A stretch of DNA of 64,000 nucleotides from Candidatus Bathyarchaeota archaeon (GTDB taxonomy: Archaea; Thermoproteota; Bathyarchaeia; Bathyarchaeales; Bathycorpusculaceae). The notes under the pieces were generated by a model. That model saw nothing but the letters and a program-made list of their open reading frames with translations, searched no databases and was not told where the DNA came from. The stretch's first letter is position 1. Every line of letters starts with the position of its first letter. The stretch covers positions 6,684-70,683 of the forward strand of contig JACAEK010000052.1 of the NCBI GenBank assembly GCA_013388895.1, written 5' to 3'. This document shows, piece by piece, positions 9,367 to 18,710 of the stretch. The position numbers were made by a program, and so were the translations under genes.

Positions 9367-9993
9367 CTATTTCCCGCCGAGGGCTTTCCGCCTGATTTCG
9401 CCCTCTGGTTTTTCTTCCTCAAATACTATAGCTTTAAACTTGTAAATCCTTGTGTTTTCGATTAGCCAATTGTCAGGTGGCAAATATGCTTTAATACAGC
9501 ATTGGCATAGGAATTCTTCTTCGTTCCATTCATATTCTACAGGCACTTGAGGTAAAAGTAAGCCTTTAAACATGCCCTTTTCAACGATTAACCCGTCTTT
9601 TCCAACTTTAATCTTAGATGGATATTCGCTAGATTTTTTTACTTCTATTAACTCAGGAGGCGTAAGTACGCTTACTTCAAAAACTACGTTATCAAGTTCG
9701 TCTAAGGAAAGTGGACAAAAGCGAGGGTCTTCTGTTGCTGAGCATATGGCAGATTCTATAACTGCCTTGGCAAGTGGAGTAGTGGGATACGGGTAGCCTA
9801 TGCACCCTCGCAGTTCTTTTTCTCCATTTTTCATTGTGCTTATTGTAACGAATACTCCACAAGGTTGCAAAAACTTTTCAGAAACATCTTTAGAAACACT
9901 GATTCTCTTCCCTGTTTTCAGATACTCGTTTACAGCTCTGCGGGCTAACGTTACTAAGAATTGGCCTTCTTCTAGGCTTAGGTCAAACGACAC
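9367..9993 (-). CDS. AMMECR1 domain protein
   Basis: Motifs CGVFVTI, LRGCIGYPYP and EDPRFCPL. Confidence 0.85.
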   Translation of the reverse strand: MSFDLSLEEGQFLVTLARRAVNEYLKTGKRISVSKDVSEKFLQPCGVFVTISTMKNGEKELRGCIGYPYPTTPLAKAVIESAICSATEDPRFCPLSLDELDNVVFEVSVLTPPELIEVKKSSEYPSKIKVGKDGLIVEKGMFKGLLLPQVPVEYEWNEEEFLCQCCIKAYLPPDNWLIENTRIYKFKAIVFEEEKPEGEIRRKALGGK

Positions 9994-10071
9994 TTTACAT
10001 TTTCCACCATTCGCAGCAGCAGTCTCTGCTAAGCAGAATCAATATTGTATCTTTTACAAAAAGGTTTAAGT

Positions 10072-10701
10072 TCAGAATTTTATTGACTCTTCATTTATTC
10101 CGTCTTTTGTGATTAAAAGGAAGTCTATGCCGTCACCGCTCATGATGTCTCGGCTTATGGCGGATTTTATGGCTCTGATGACTAGGTCTTTGGCTTCTTC
10201 CATAGTCAACTCTTCCTTATACCCTTCTTCTATTACACCCATGGCAATTTCTGTTCCAGAGCCTACGACTGCATATTTGTCGGGTATTACTGAACCGAGA
10301 ATGTCAAGCACGTAAAGCGAAGCACCTTCTTCATCCATGCCACCAACAATTGTTTGAGTAATCAGCGGCGCCAATCGACGGACAAAAAGCAAGTTTGACA
10401 TAAGTTTGGCTGCTGACCTCACAGAAATGGGTCTACCAACATCTAAACTAAACAAGTTCCCATAAGCTTCCACCTCTCTTACAAGAATCTGCATGTCAGA
10501 AACAAGTCCAGCGCACGCTGCACCTATCTTGTCAGTTATTTTGAAGACTTTTTTGCCGCCCTTACTGACTATGAGATAGCCATAAGAAACACGTTTTTCA
10601 GAGGCTAGGATGACGCCGTCTTGGCATACCACGCCGACGGTTGTTGCCCCTGGAACCCAAAGATATTGACCTTGTTGAGCTTGGTTTTCCACCGAATTCA
10701 C
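10072..10701 (-). CDS. psmB: Proteasome subunit beta
   Basis: A propeptide is followed by GATTVGVVCQDGVILASEKR, an Ntn-hydrolase with Thr nucleophile. Confidence 0.9.
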   Translation of the reverse strand: MNSVENQAQQGQYLWVPGATTVGVVCQDGVILASEKRVSYGYLIVSKGGKKVFKITDKIGAACAGLVSDMQILVREVEAYGNLFSLDVGRPISVRSAAKLMSNLLFVRRLAPLITQTIVGGMDEEGASLYVLDILGSVIPDKYAVVGSGTEIAMGVIEEGYKEELTMEEAKDLVIRAIKSAISRDIMSGDGIDFLLITKDGINEESIKF

Positions 10702-10776
10702 CTTTTCTTCGTCATATGCGCAAGCAACCTATTAAACTTAATCATGAACCCTTAATCGTTGTACTGAGAAATTTGG

Positions 10777-11001
10777 TTACTTTTTTGATTGTCTTGTTTT
10801 GTTCTGAAGTCTATTACTGCATTTTTCGCATAAAGCGGTTTTCTCTACTTTTATTAATGGACCACCAACAGTGAGATGGGTCAAACTTTTCGGTGGAAAC
10901 ATTTTGACATCTATATATATGCATCCTAAAGTCTTTCCACAGTTTGCACATTTTAACGGTTCATATTTAGAAGCATTCATACAAGTCATAGTTAAAATCA
11001 A
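10777..11001 (-). CDS. Small zinc-ribbon protein, unknown function
   Basis: 74 aa with CANCG ... CEKC pairs. No other support. Confidence 0.35.
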   Translation of the reverse strand: MILTMTCMNASKYEPLKCANCGKTLGCIYIDVKMFPPKSLTHLTVGGPLIKVEKTALCEKCSNRLQNKTRQSKK

Positions 11002-11103
11002 TTAGCAGACAATAAATAGCTTTTTCTTTTGCCTTTTTCGCCTGTGGAATACCATAGAGCTAAATTACTTCACAATCTATTAGCTGTTGAAGAGGAAGCA
11101 AAA

Positions 11104-11706
11104 ATGATATGTGTTTACACCAAAATCATTGATGGTGTCTGGTTTGGTGTCGCTTATGAAGGAGAACAGATTTTTGCCACAACATTTGGCTCATCTAGCA
11201 AAGAAAAAACCGTGCAAGGTTTATTGAATAGTCTCCCTTCTAATATTGCTTCGCATCATTCTGAGGCAACTTCGGTTTTCGCTGAACGCGCCGTGGCTTT
11301 TTTGAAGGACATGTACGATGGAAAAGAAGTTTCCAATAACTTTTCCTTGGCGATGAATCACTTATCAAGCTATTTCCAACGAGTCATCAAAATAACGTCT
11401 TTAATTCCGTTGGGTTACGCGTCTTCATACGGCGCGGTTGCCAAAGTGGCTGGAGGAAAACCGAGGGCTGTTGGGCGGGTTATGGCTTTGAATCCGTTTG
11501 CACCGATTGTTCCCTGTCACCGAGTAGTTGGTTCAGACTTCTCTTTGACAGGTTATGGCGGTGGTTTAGACGTGAAACTTGCCTTTCTGAAACGTGAAAA
11601 GAGAGGTTATGCCTCTAAAAGAGAGATATCAGTTCATGGCAAAAAACTGCAAGTTTTTCCAGTTGAATATGTGCTAAACAAGGTGAAAGAGAGAAAAGCT
11701 AACTAG
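11104..11706 (+). CDS. ogt: Methylated-DNA--protein-cysteine methyltransferase
   Basis: Active-site motif IVPCHRVV preceded by SYGAVAKVAGGKPRAVG. ATG at 11104 is preferred over the upstream TTG. Confidence 0.85.
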   Translation: MICVYTKIIDGVWFGVAYEGEQIFATTFGSSSKEKTVQGLLNSLPSNIASHHSEATSVFAERAVAFLKDMYDGKEVSNNFSLAMNHLSSYFQRVIKITSLIPLGYASSYGAVAKVAGGKPRAVGRVMALNPFAPIVPCHRVVGSDFSLTGYGGGLDVKLAFLKREKRGYASKREISVHGKKLQVFPVEYVLNKVKERKAN

Positions 11707-12462
11707 AAATTATGGCGTTTATGTTTTTCTTGACTTCGTCGATGGTTTTCATTCCTATAACCATTGCATCAACAAAATCCAGTTGAGCGACTGCCCTTAT
11801 GCATCTTCAGTAATTTTTAATCAATGGAGGACTTTGAGCCCCAAGCACTTTCATGGCAATAGTCCCTTTTCCATTATTATGCGCCTGTTTGAGCGCTTGG
11901 AACATTTCCTCCATGGAACCATCTTCAATGGGAATGCCTTCCAGAAATTTTCTTATTATGGATTGAGTTGTCCTACAGCAAATGGCCATGATAACATCTA
12001 ATTCTTCAAATTGTGCAGCTTTCCTAACAACTGCGACGCTGTGTGTAGACAAACCAATTGCTCTAACAGTTCCGTTTGCCTTCAGGTTCTTCATTTCTTT
12101 CAGCACATCGTGACAATCATCTACCCAGTCGGATTTGACAAAGTGCAAAAGATAGATGCCTAGGTAATCTGTTTCAAGTTCCTTACGAGAGCTTTTCAAA
12201 CTTTCATTGGCTTCTTGACCGCTTTTGGCATAAGTCTTTGTAGATATGGCAACCTCTTTTCTCGGCACTTTTTTCAAAGCTGAAGCTATGAGGATGTGTG
12301 CCGTAATCATCAGATGTATCCCAAAAGTTCACCCCCAATTTATAGGATTCTGCCAGAATACATCCACTGTCTCTTGAGCTTATATCAAAAAGAGGTCCAA
12401 AAACCAAGTTTTGACACTCTTAATTCAGTTTTTCCAAGATTCACCACGGGAACTTTGGACAT
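11699..12462 (-). pseudogene. Aldo/keto reductase gene decayed by at least three frameshifts
   Basis: AKR segments occur in three frames. They are MSKVPVVNLGKTELRVSKLGF; then GPLFD..GVNFWDTSDDYGTH; then LIASALKKVPRKEVAISTK...LHFV; and C-terminal AVAQLDFVDAMVIGMKTIDEVKKN in another frame. Confidence 0.7.
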
Positions 12463-12587
12463 CTATCCACCATGCGTTGTTAATCTATAGTTTTCACTTT
12501 TAAACTCTATATGTGCAGACTCGTTCGCCATTTGCAGAATCGTAAATAATAAAAGTAAGATAGTCACACCTCAAAACGGGATGTTTC

Positions 12588-13112
12588 ATGGTTAAAAGAG
12601 GGCTTTTTGTTGGCAGGTTTCAACCTTTTCAACTAGGACACCTTAAAGCAATAAAAGGCATCTTGGCAGAGGTCGACGAGCTCGTTATTGTCATTGGCAG
12701 CGCCCAATACAGCCATAACGTGAATAACCCATTTACTGCTGGCGAACGATTGGTCATGGTGTGCAGGGCTTTGGAAGAAGCAAAAATAAATCATTCGCGG
12801 TTTTGGATCGTGCCGGTGCCTGATGTGCACTTACATATGATGTGGGTTTCCGCTGTTGAAGGGTACACGCCGCATTTTGATGTGGTCTATTCTAACGAGC
12901 CTTTGACACGCCGACTTTTCATGGAAGCGGGATATAAGGTCAAAGCCATTCTGTTTCATGAAAGGAAGCTTTATTCTTCAACAGAAATTCGAGAAAGAAT
13001 GCTGAAGGGCAAGAGTTGGAAGAAACTAGTCCCAAAAAGTGTAGCAGCCTTTATAGAGAAAATAGACGGAATCAATAGGCTTAGAGACTTGAACAAAACT
13101 GACAAAATCTAA
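12588..13112 (+). CDS. nadM: Nicotinamide-nucleotide adenylyltransferase (archaeal NMNAT)
   Basis: Nucleotidyltransferase motif GRFQPFQLGHL, about 170 aa. Confidence 0.85.
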   Translation: MVKRGLFVGRFQPFQLGHLKAIKGILAEVDELVIVIGSAQYSHNVNNPFTAGERLVMVCRALEEAKINHSRFWIVPVPDVHLHMMWVSAVEGYTPHFDVVYSNEPLTRRLFMEAGYKVKAILFHERKLYSSTEIRERMLKGKSWKKLVPKSVAAFIEKIDGINRLRDLNKTDKI

Positions 13113-13141
13113 TCGTTTGCCCTTCTGCGCTCTCGCTGAAA

Positions 13142-13178
13142 CCCCACCCCCCACCCCCCCTTATAAATAGATTGAATT
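13142..13178 (+). promoter_or_regulatory. C-tract + TATA box + GATTGAA composite promoter-like motif (copy A)
   Basis: Sequence CCCCACCCCCCACCCCCCC-TTATAAATAG-ATTGAAT, about 85-100 nt upstream of the GNAT gene. Near-identical copies occur at 37983-38005 and, on the minus strand, 63408-63433. Confidence 0.45.
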
Positions 13179-13259
13179 TTTCGTTCTACGATTCAATAAT
13201 GATTAAGGTTAATAGCAATGTTGTGTAATGCATAGATGTTCTGAGTGGAGCATATATGC

Positions 13260-13871
13260 ATGTTTGAGTTTGGAGATATTAGGCTGAGACCGATCGAGAG
13301 GGAAGATTTGAGAATATTACATGAGTGGGAAAATGATTTTGAAGTAACAATGTACTCGAGAAATATGCCGATTAATTTTGTTAACATGTATCAGTTGGAA
13401 AAGCGATATGAAGAATGGGTGAAAGACGAAAGGGAACAGCACTTTATTGTCGAAATGGTTGATTCGAAAGAAGCCATTGGAATTGCTCGTTTGGAGCGCG
13501 AAGATTGGGCGAACGTGCGAAGCGCAGATGTTGGCACTTACATTGGCAAGAAAGAATTGTGGGGGAAAGGCTATGGGCAGCAAATCACTGTGGCATTGTT
13601 GGAGATAGTCTTTAACCAGTTGAATATGGATCGTTGCGAAGCGTCAAGCGTTGAATATAACGTGCGTGCTCACAAAGTGTTGGAAGCGTGTGGGTTGAGA
13701 AAAGTTGGAGTGGCTAGGCAAAGTGCTTTTGTGAATGGGCGCAAGTGGGATCGTGTTCGTTTCGACATTCTTAGAGAAGAATACTTGAAAATACGTATGG
13801 AGCTGCTGAAAAAAACGTTGAACGACAAACTTGGCACATATATTGAAAAACACTGTACAATTAGAGAATAG
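13260..13871 (+). CDS. GNAT family N-acetyltransferase (RimJ/RimL-like)
   Basis: Sequence MFEFGDIRLRPIEREDL...WGKGYG, typical of this GNAT subfamily. ATG at 13260. Confidence 0.8.
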   Translation: MFEFGDIRLRPIEREDLRILHEWENDFEVTMYSRNMPINFVNMYQLEKRYEEWVKDEREQHFIVEMVDSKEAIGIARLEREDWANVRSADVGTYIGKKELWGKGYGQQITVALLEIVFNQLNMDRCEASSVEYNVRAHKVLEACGLRKVGVARQSAFVNGRKWDRVRFDILREEYLKIRMELLKKTLNDKLGTYIEKHCTIRE

Positions 13872-13884
13872 CAAAAAAGAACAG

Positions 13885-14451
13885 CTAACGTTGAGTCGCC
13901 AACAAAGCCATTCGCTCAATAACAAGATTTATCAAAGCAGTTTCCAAACAATCTCCTTTCATAGCCGTTTTGAGCTCCAAATCTGAAATTCCAAAAGCTT
14001 TCTGAATGATTACCTTCTTTTCTTCTGACAAATCAAGAACCACATCATCACGACGCATGTTAGTAAACGTAGAAATTATCTGCAAGTTTGATTTTACTTC
14101 CTTAAGGCTTTCTCCAATTATCAGCACAGCTATTTCTGAAGTGTTCGATGTGATTCCGAGAAATTTCACAGCCTTTCGAATTTGGCGTTGCGCGGAAGCA
14201 TAGAGCATTGTTTCAACGGCTATAGTTTTCGAAATGTTTCCATTGTTCTTGAACGCTGTTAAGGCGTCTAAAGCTGCGAAGTAGAGATGTTGCCAAGAAG
14301 CCACAAGTTTTGCGTCAAAAAACTGAACTTCCGCATTTGAAGTTTTTTCTTTCTGCACTTTTTTCAAAAATTCTCCGATATCTCTAATTTTCACGTTTCC
14401 AAATCCAGCGATCAAAATATGCCTATCAAACTCTGCAACATGTTTCAGCAA
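13885..14451 (-). CDS. cgi121: KEOPS subunit Cgi121
   Basis: ETMLYASAQRQIRKAVKFLG matches the ASGQRQI..AIK..G core of archaeal Cgi121. The length is about right. Confidence 0.75.
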   Translation of the reverse strand: MLKHVAEFDRHILIAGFGNVKIRDIGEFLKKVQKEKTSNAEVQFFDAKLVASWQHLYFAALDALTAFKNNGNISKTIAVETMLYASAQRQIRKAVKFLGITSNTSEIAVLIIGESLKEVKSNLQIISTFTNMRRDDVVLDLSEEKKVIIQKAFGISDLELKTAMKGDCLETALINLVIERMALLATQR

Positions 14452-15047
14452 TTTTCTTCCTCAAAAATCTCTCTCAAGAATTTTTCTAAAAGTTCAGTTG
14501 AGATTCCAGCCTTAACAAGCTTCGCGGTTTCTTTTTCTATCGAATTTTTCTCCTTCTTGCATTTTTTTACGATTTTTCTGACAGTTTCCTTTATTTCCCA
14601 CGGGAAAACCACCCAGCGTCGTGTTTCTTTCTCGTAATAGTCTGGTTTAACAATGCTCCAAGGCTTATAGTAGATCGTGGCGATTCTGGCTTCCTCTGCG
14701 CCTTTTTCGATGATATGTTCTTTAACAAGGTTCAAGCTTTTGCCAGTATCGGCAATTTCGTCCACAATAAGCACTTTTTTGGCAGCAACGTTCATTGAAA
14801 CTGGCTGTGTCAAAATGGGCGCCTCTTTTGTTTCCGCGACCCCCAAGTAGAATTCAGCTTTGACGTTGGCGAGGTTAGCGTTACCCATCAGATCTGATAT
14901 TACTCTGGCTGGAGGCCAACCGCCTCTGGAGACGCCGACGATTATGTCTGGTTTGAAACCGTTATCTCGAATTTTGTCAGCTAGGTTTAGAAGCATGTTA
15001 TAAATTTGGTTCCATGTTGGGACTTCAAATTCGAGTTCAGCATTCAC
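14445..15047 (-). CDS. Purine phosphoribosyltransferase (Hpt/Gpt-like)
   Basis: PRPP-binding motif VLIVDEIADTGKSL with upstream GVSRGG. Confidence 0.75.
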   Translation of the reverse strand: MNAELEFEVPTWNQIYNMLLNLADKIRDNGFKPDIIVGVSRGGWPPARVISDLMGNANLANVKAEFYLGVAETKEAPILTQPVSMNVAAKKVLIVDEIADTGKSLNLVKEHIIEKGAEEARIATIYYKPWSIVKPDYYEKETRRWVVFPWEIKETVRKIVKKCKKEKNSIEKETAKLVKAGISTELLEKFLREIFEEENC

Positions 15048-15113
15048 ACTTTTTCCTCGCCATAGTAGAAGACTATTGAGACTTTATAAGTCTAAAAAAT
15101 GATGGGTTGGGTT

Positions 15114-16019
15114 TTAGCTTGATGGGGTGGTCGATTTTGGTCTTCTTGCGCCGTAGACTATTATTCCGATGCCTATGAGAGTCCAGCCTAAACCGAAGAA
15201 AATCCATCCGTAGGAATTGTTTAATGCGGCGGTTGCTTGAATATAACTCGCATTTGAAAGAGAGTTATAGTATTCTAGCTGTGCGTTTTCGAAAGCTGTT
15301 CCTTGCTCGTTCCAAGCGGTTAAAGCGCTATTGAAGTAGCTGTCTGCATTTTGAAGATATATACTTGCATTCGAAAAGATGCCTGAAATGTACGCTTGCT
15401 CTCCCAATATTAATTCCATGAAAGCTTTCGTCATGAGGACCTGAGCTTCCGTAACATTAACGAATTCTATGGGCATGCCGCTGCTAATCATCCATCCTAG
15501 TTTATTGTAGAGTTGAAACGCAGTAAAGTGCTCTGCAGACATCACAGCAAAATTGTCTCCACTAATGTACCAGTCTATTGATGGTGTAACGCTTCCATCC
15601 GGAATGTATTCCACGTATACTGCATACGAATGCATCCATGTTTCGGGCGCTTCTGTTGTTGGCGGAGTTACGTTGCCTATGGTGAAGACTCTGACTTCAA
15701 GGGGTTCCATGCGAACATGTGGACTGAATGTGGCGTTATACCATTCGCCCCAGTCAAAGTACACTTTAATCGCTGTGATGTTTATTGGCAAGTTCACTCT
15801 TGGTGGCGGTGGAGGCGTAAGATAATCGTTGTACACGCTTATTGAAATGTTCCACCAAGTTCCAGCTATGTATGCCACGACAGTATCGTCATAGTATGGG
15901 TCTTCTCCAACCATAGCGTTTATCCAACTGAATTGCTGAATACTTGCCGATGTTATATGAATTAAAGAAAGAAGTAAAAGCACTAGTAAAGGAAGTATTA
16001 TTGCCATTTTCTTCTTCAT
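15114..16019 (-). CDS. Secreted, C-terminally membrane-anchored protein, unknown function
   Basis: N-terminal signal peptide MKKKMAIILPLLVLLLLSL, a PPPPP linker, several N-x-S/T sequons and a C-terminal TM followed by RRPK. Confidence 0.55.
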   Translation of the reverse strand: MKKKMAIILPLLVLLLLSLIHITSASIQQFSWINAMVGEDPYYDDTVVAYIAGTWWNISISVYNDYLTPPPPPRVNLPINITAIKVYFDWGEWYNATFSPHVRMEPLEVRVFTIGNVTPPTTEAPETWMHSYAVYVEYIPDGSVTPSIDWYISGDNFAVMSAEHFTAFQLYNKLGWMISSGMPIEFVNVTEAQVLMTKAFMELILGEQAYISGIFSNASIYLQNADSYFNSALTAWNEQGTAFENAQLEYYNSLSNASYIQATAALNNSYGWIFFGLGWTLIGIGIIVYGARRPKSTTPSS

Positions 16020-16127
16020 TTAAAACCCTCAACTCCTAAGTATTTCTGGTTAAATAGATATAAATCCTTCGCCCAAATATTACAATCCAAAACAGTAAAC
16101 TTGGAGCTTAACTAGAGGAGAAAGGAA

Positions 16128-17048
16128 ATGAAAGAAATAATTGAATGTGTGCCTAATTTTAGCACTTCCAACATGAAGGTTGTTGAGTCGATTCTTAAAG
16201 AAATCAAGGCAACCAAAAATGTTTTTCTCCTCGATCATACTTCTGATAATTATTATAATCGGTTGGTTGTCTCCTTTTTTGGCGACAAAAAATCTGTATT
16301 AGAAGGGGCTTTAAACTCTGCCTATAAAGCCATTGGGCTGATTGACATGCGAACTCACAAGGGGCAACATCCACGGCTAGGAGCTGTCGATGTTGTTCCA
16401 TTTATACCAATAAAAAATGTTAAAATGAAAGATTGCATGGAACTTGCAAAGAAATTCGGACGAACTCTAGCAGAAAAATGTGGTGTGCCAGTTTATCTCT
16501 ACGGCAAAGCGGCAACCAGACCTGAACGTGAAGATTTGGACTGGATACGCAAAGGCGAATACGAGAAGCTGGCTGAACTAATTGCGAAGCCTGAACGTAA
16601 ACCAGATTTTGGTCCAGTAAAACCACATGAAACGGCCGGCGCAACGATAACTGGAGCACGGGAGGTTACGGCTGGTTTTAACGTTAATCTAGGCACTTCA
16701 GATCTGAACATTGCAAAGAAGATTGCGAAGGCTCTTCATTGTAAAAAGGGTGGATTTTCGAATGTTAAGGCTATGGCAGCGCTTATTCCAGAGAAAAAAA
16801 TGACGCAGATAGGCATGAGTATAAGCGATTATGAAAAGACGCCTCTCTACCGGGTTTTTGAAATGTTGAAAGCGGAATGTTCGCGCTATAACGTGCCAAT
16901 CTTAGGTTCAGAATTCTGCGGTATGACCCCTTTAAAGGCTCTTATTGACACAGCCACATATTATCTGAAAATCGACAATCTAACTGAAAACAGAGTCTTA
17001 GAGATGGCCATACAAAACGCCATTGAAAAAGGCGGTGCCCTTGAGTAA
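16128..17048 (+). CDS. ftcD: Glutamate formimidoyltransferase (FtcD N-terminal type)
   Basis: Starts ECVPNFS and continues with HPRLGAVDVVPF. About 300 aa with no cyclodeaminase domain. Confidence 0.85.
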   Translation: MKEIIECVPNFSTSNMKVVESILKEIKATKNVFLLDHTSDNYYNRLVVSFFGDKKSVLEGALNSAYKAIGLIDMRTHKGQHPRLGAVDVVPFIPIKNVKMKDCMELAKKFGRTLAEKCGVPVYLYGKAATRPEREDLDWIRKGEYEKLAELIAKPERKPDFGPVKPHETAGATITGAREVTAGFNVNLGTSDLNIAKKIAKALHCKKGGFSNVKAMAALIPEKKMTQIGMSISDYEKTPLYRVFEMLKAECSRYNVPILGSEFCGMTPLKALIDTATYYLKIDNLTENRVLEMAIQNAIEKGGALE

Positions 17049-18360
17049 AACTGGCAAGTCGCGGGCAAGAGAAAAAGTAGACTTACTTATTTTCAACACT
17101 GAAGAACTCATCACTTTGGCAGGTGATAACCAGAAACCGCGCGTAGGCAAACAAATGCGTGAGCTTGGAATAATACGCAACGGTGGTCTGGCGATAAAGG
17201 AAGGCAAAATAGTTGCAGTTGGAAAGACTCCGGATATCACAAAGACGTATAAAGCTGAAAACATGATAAGTGCCAATGGCAAAATTGTTCTGCCCGGGTT
17301 TGTTGACCCTCATACACATCTTGTTTTTGCTGGTTCGCGGGAAGACGAGTTTCAGATGCGGGTTGAAGGCGTCTATTATATGGTGATTCTTAGCTCTGGC
17401 GGCGGTATACTTAAAACTGTTCGAGAAACAAGAAAAGCAAGTTTCGAAAAGCTCGTGGACTTAAGTCTCAAAAGGTTGGACGTCATGTTAGAGCACGGAA
17501 CAACTACAGCAGAAGCAAAAAGCGGTTATGGCTTAACAACCAGAGACGAGTTGAAAATTCTAGAGGTCATGAAGCGTTTAGATCAGTTGCATGCTGTTGA
17601 CATTGTTCCAACTTTCTTGGGTGCTCACGCTATTCCACCCGAGTTTCAGAACAACCCTGCAGACTATGTTAAGCTAGTTATTGAAGATATGATTCCGAAA
17701 ACTGCAGAGAAGGGGCTTGCCAAGTATTGTGATGTTTTCTGCGAGAGAGGAGTCTTCAATTTAGAGCAAACTAGACGTATTCTAGTTGCTGGCAAAAACT
17801 ACGGCTTGAAACCCAAGGTTCACGCTGACGAGATGAGTCAGCTAGGCAGTGCGGAACTTGCCGCAGAAATAGGCGCTGCTTCTGCCGAGCATCTGCTTTT
17901 TTCTTCTGATGAAGGCGTCAAAGCCATGGCTAAAAGAGGTGTGATAGCTGTTCTGCTTCCTGTAGCGGCTTTCAGCCTAATGGGAGGACGATACGCAGAT
18001 GCTAGAAAAATGATTGATTTTGGCGTTCCAATAGCATTGGGTACAGATTTCAATCCGAGTTGCTGGGTGGAGAATCAACAGTTAGTCATAGCTTTTGCCT
18101 GTCACTTTATGCGGTTGACTCCTGCTGAGGCTATAACTGCAGTCACTATAAATGCTGCTCACGCTGTAGACAGAGCAAACGAAATTGGCAGTTTAGAAAT
18201 TGGTAAAAAGGCCGACGTTATTGTCTTAGACGTGCCAAACCACAAGTTTCTGGGATATCGGTTTGGCGTGAATTTAGTGGATAAGGTTGTCAAAAATGGG
18301 AGATTGGTTGTGGATAGAGAAAAACAAAGTGAAACTGTGTTTTTACGTGAACCAGATTAA
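17023..18360 (+). CDS. hutI: Imidazolonepropionase
   Basis: Amidohydrolase with GFVDPHTHLVFAGSREDEF and HADE. Overlaps ftcD by 26 nt. Confidence 0.9.
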   Translation: MKKAVPLSKTGKSRAREKVDLLIFNTEELITLAGDNQKPRVGKQMRELGIIRNGGLAIKEGKIVAVGKTPDITKTYKAENMISANGKIVLPGFVDPHTHLVFAGSREDEFQMRVEGVYYMVILSSGGGILKTVRETRKASFEKLVDLSLKRLDVMLEHGTTTAEAKSGYGLTTRDELKILEVMKRLDQLHAVDIVPTFLGAHAIPPEFQNNPADYVKLVIEDMIPKTAEKGLAKYCDVFCERGVFNLEQTRRILVAGKNYGLKPKVHADEMSQLGSAELAAEIGAASAEHLLFSSDEGVKAMAKRGVIAVLLPVAAFSLMGGRYADARKMIDFGVPIALGTDFNPSCWVENQQLVIAFACHFMRLTPAEAITAVTINAAHAVDRANEIGSLEIGKKADVIVLDVPNHKFLGYRFGVNLVDKVVKNGRLVVDREKQSETVFLREPD

Positions 18361-18614
18361 GAGGTGCTTTGCTGTATCTTGGGTTTCATTGTTCTTCTTG
18401 CGAAGGTGAAGATTAGCCATACTATTATGCCGTAGATTACTCCGTTAAAAATCGCTGACGTCAATGTTCTCAATATGACTCCATTCCACATTTCTGCTGG
18501 GATTCCAATGGCATCGCTGATTGCATTGCCTAGAGGCAATTCTGGATAAGCGAAGGTTGCAGCTAGAAAGATTACAAAGGCTACTAAGAATACTATTGCT
18601 CCTTCTCCTTTCAT
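18357..18614 (-). CDS. Small membrane protein, unknown function
   Basis: 85 aa with two or three hydrophobic helices. Convergent with hutI. Confidence 0.4.
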   Translation of the reverse strand: MKGEGAIVFLVAFVIFLAATFAYPELPLGNAISDAIGIPAEMWNGVILRTLTSAIFNGVIYGIIVWLIFTFARRTMKPKIQQSTS

Positions 18615-18710
18615 GTTTTTTCCTCTTTTGCTTAGCCCTATGATAACTGCTTCCTAATAAATCTGATGCTGATGGTAAAGAATTATAATGGGTTTCTGCA
18701 TTCTGGGTCT

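Noticed and set aside
13193-13387. 64-aa minus-strand ORF across the GNAT promoter and start
   Set aside because: It overlaps the supported GNAT CDS and its promoter motif, and has no features.
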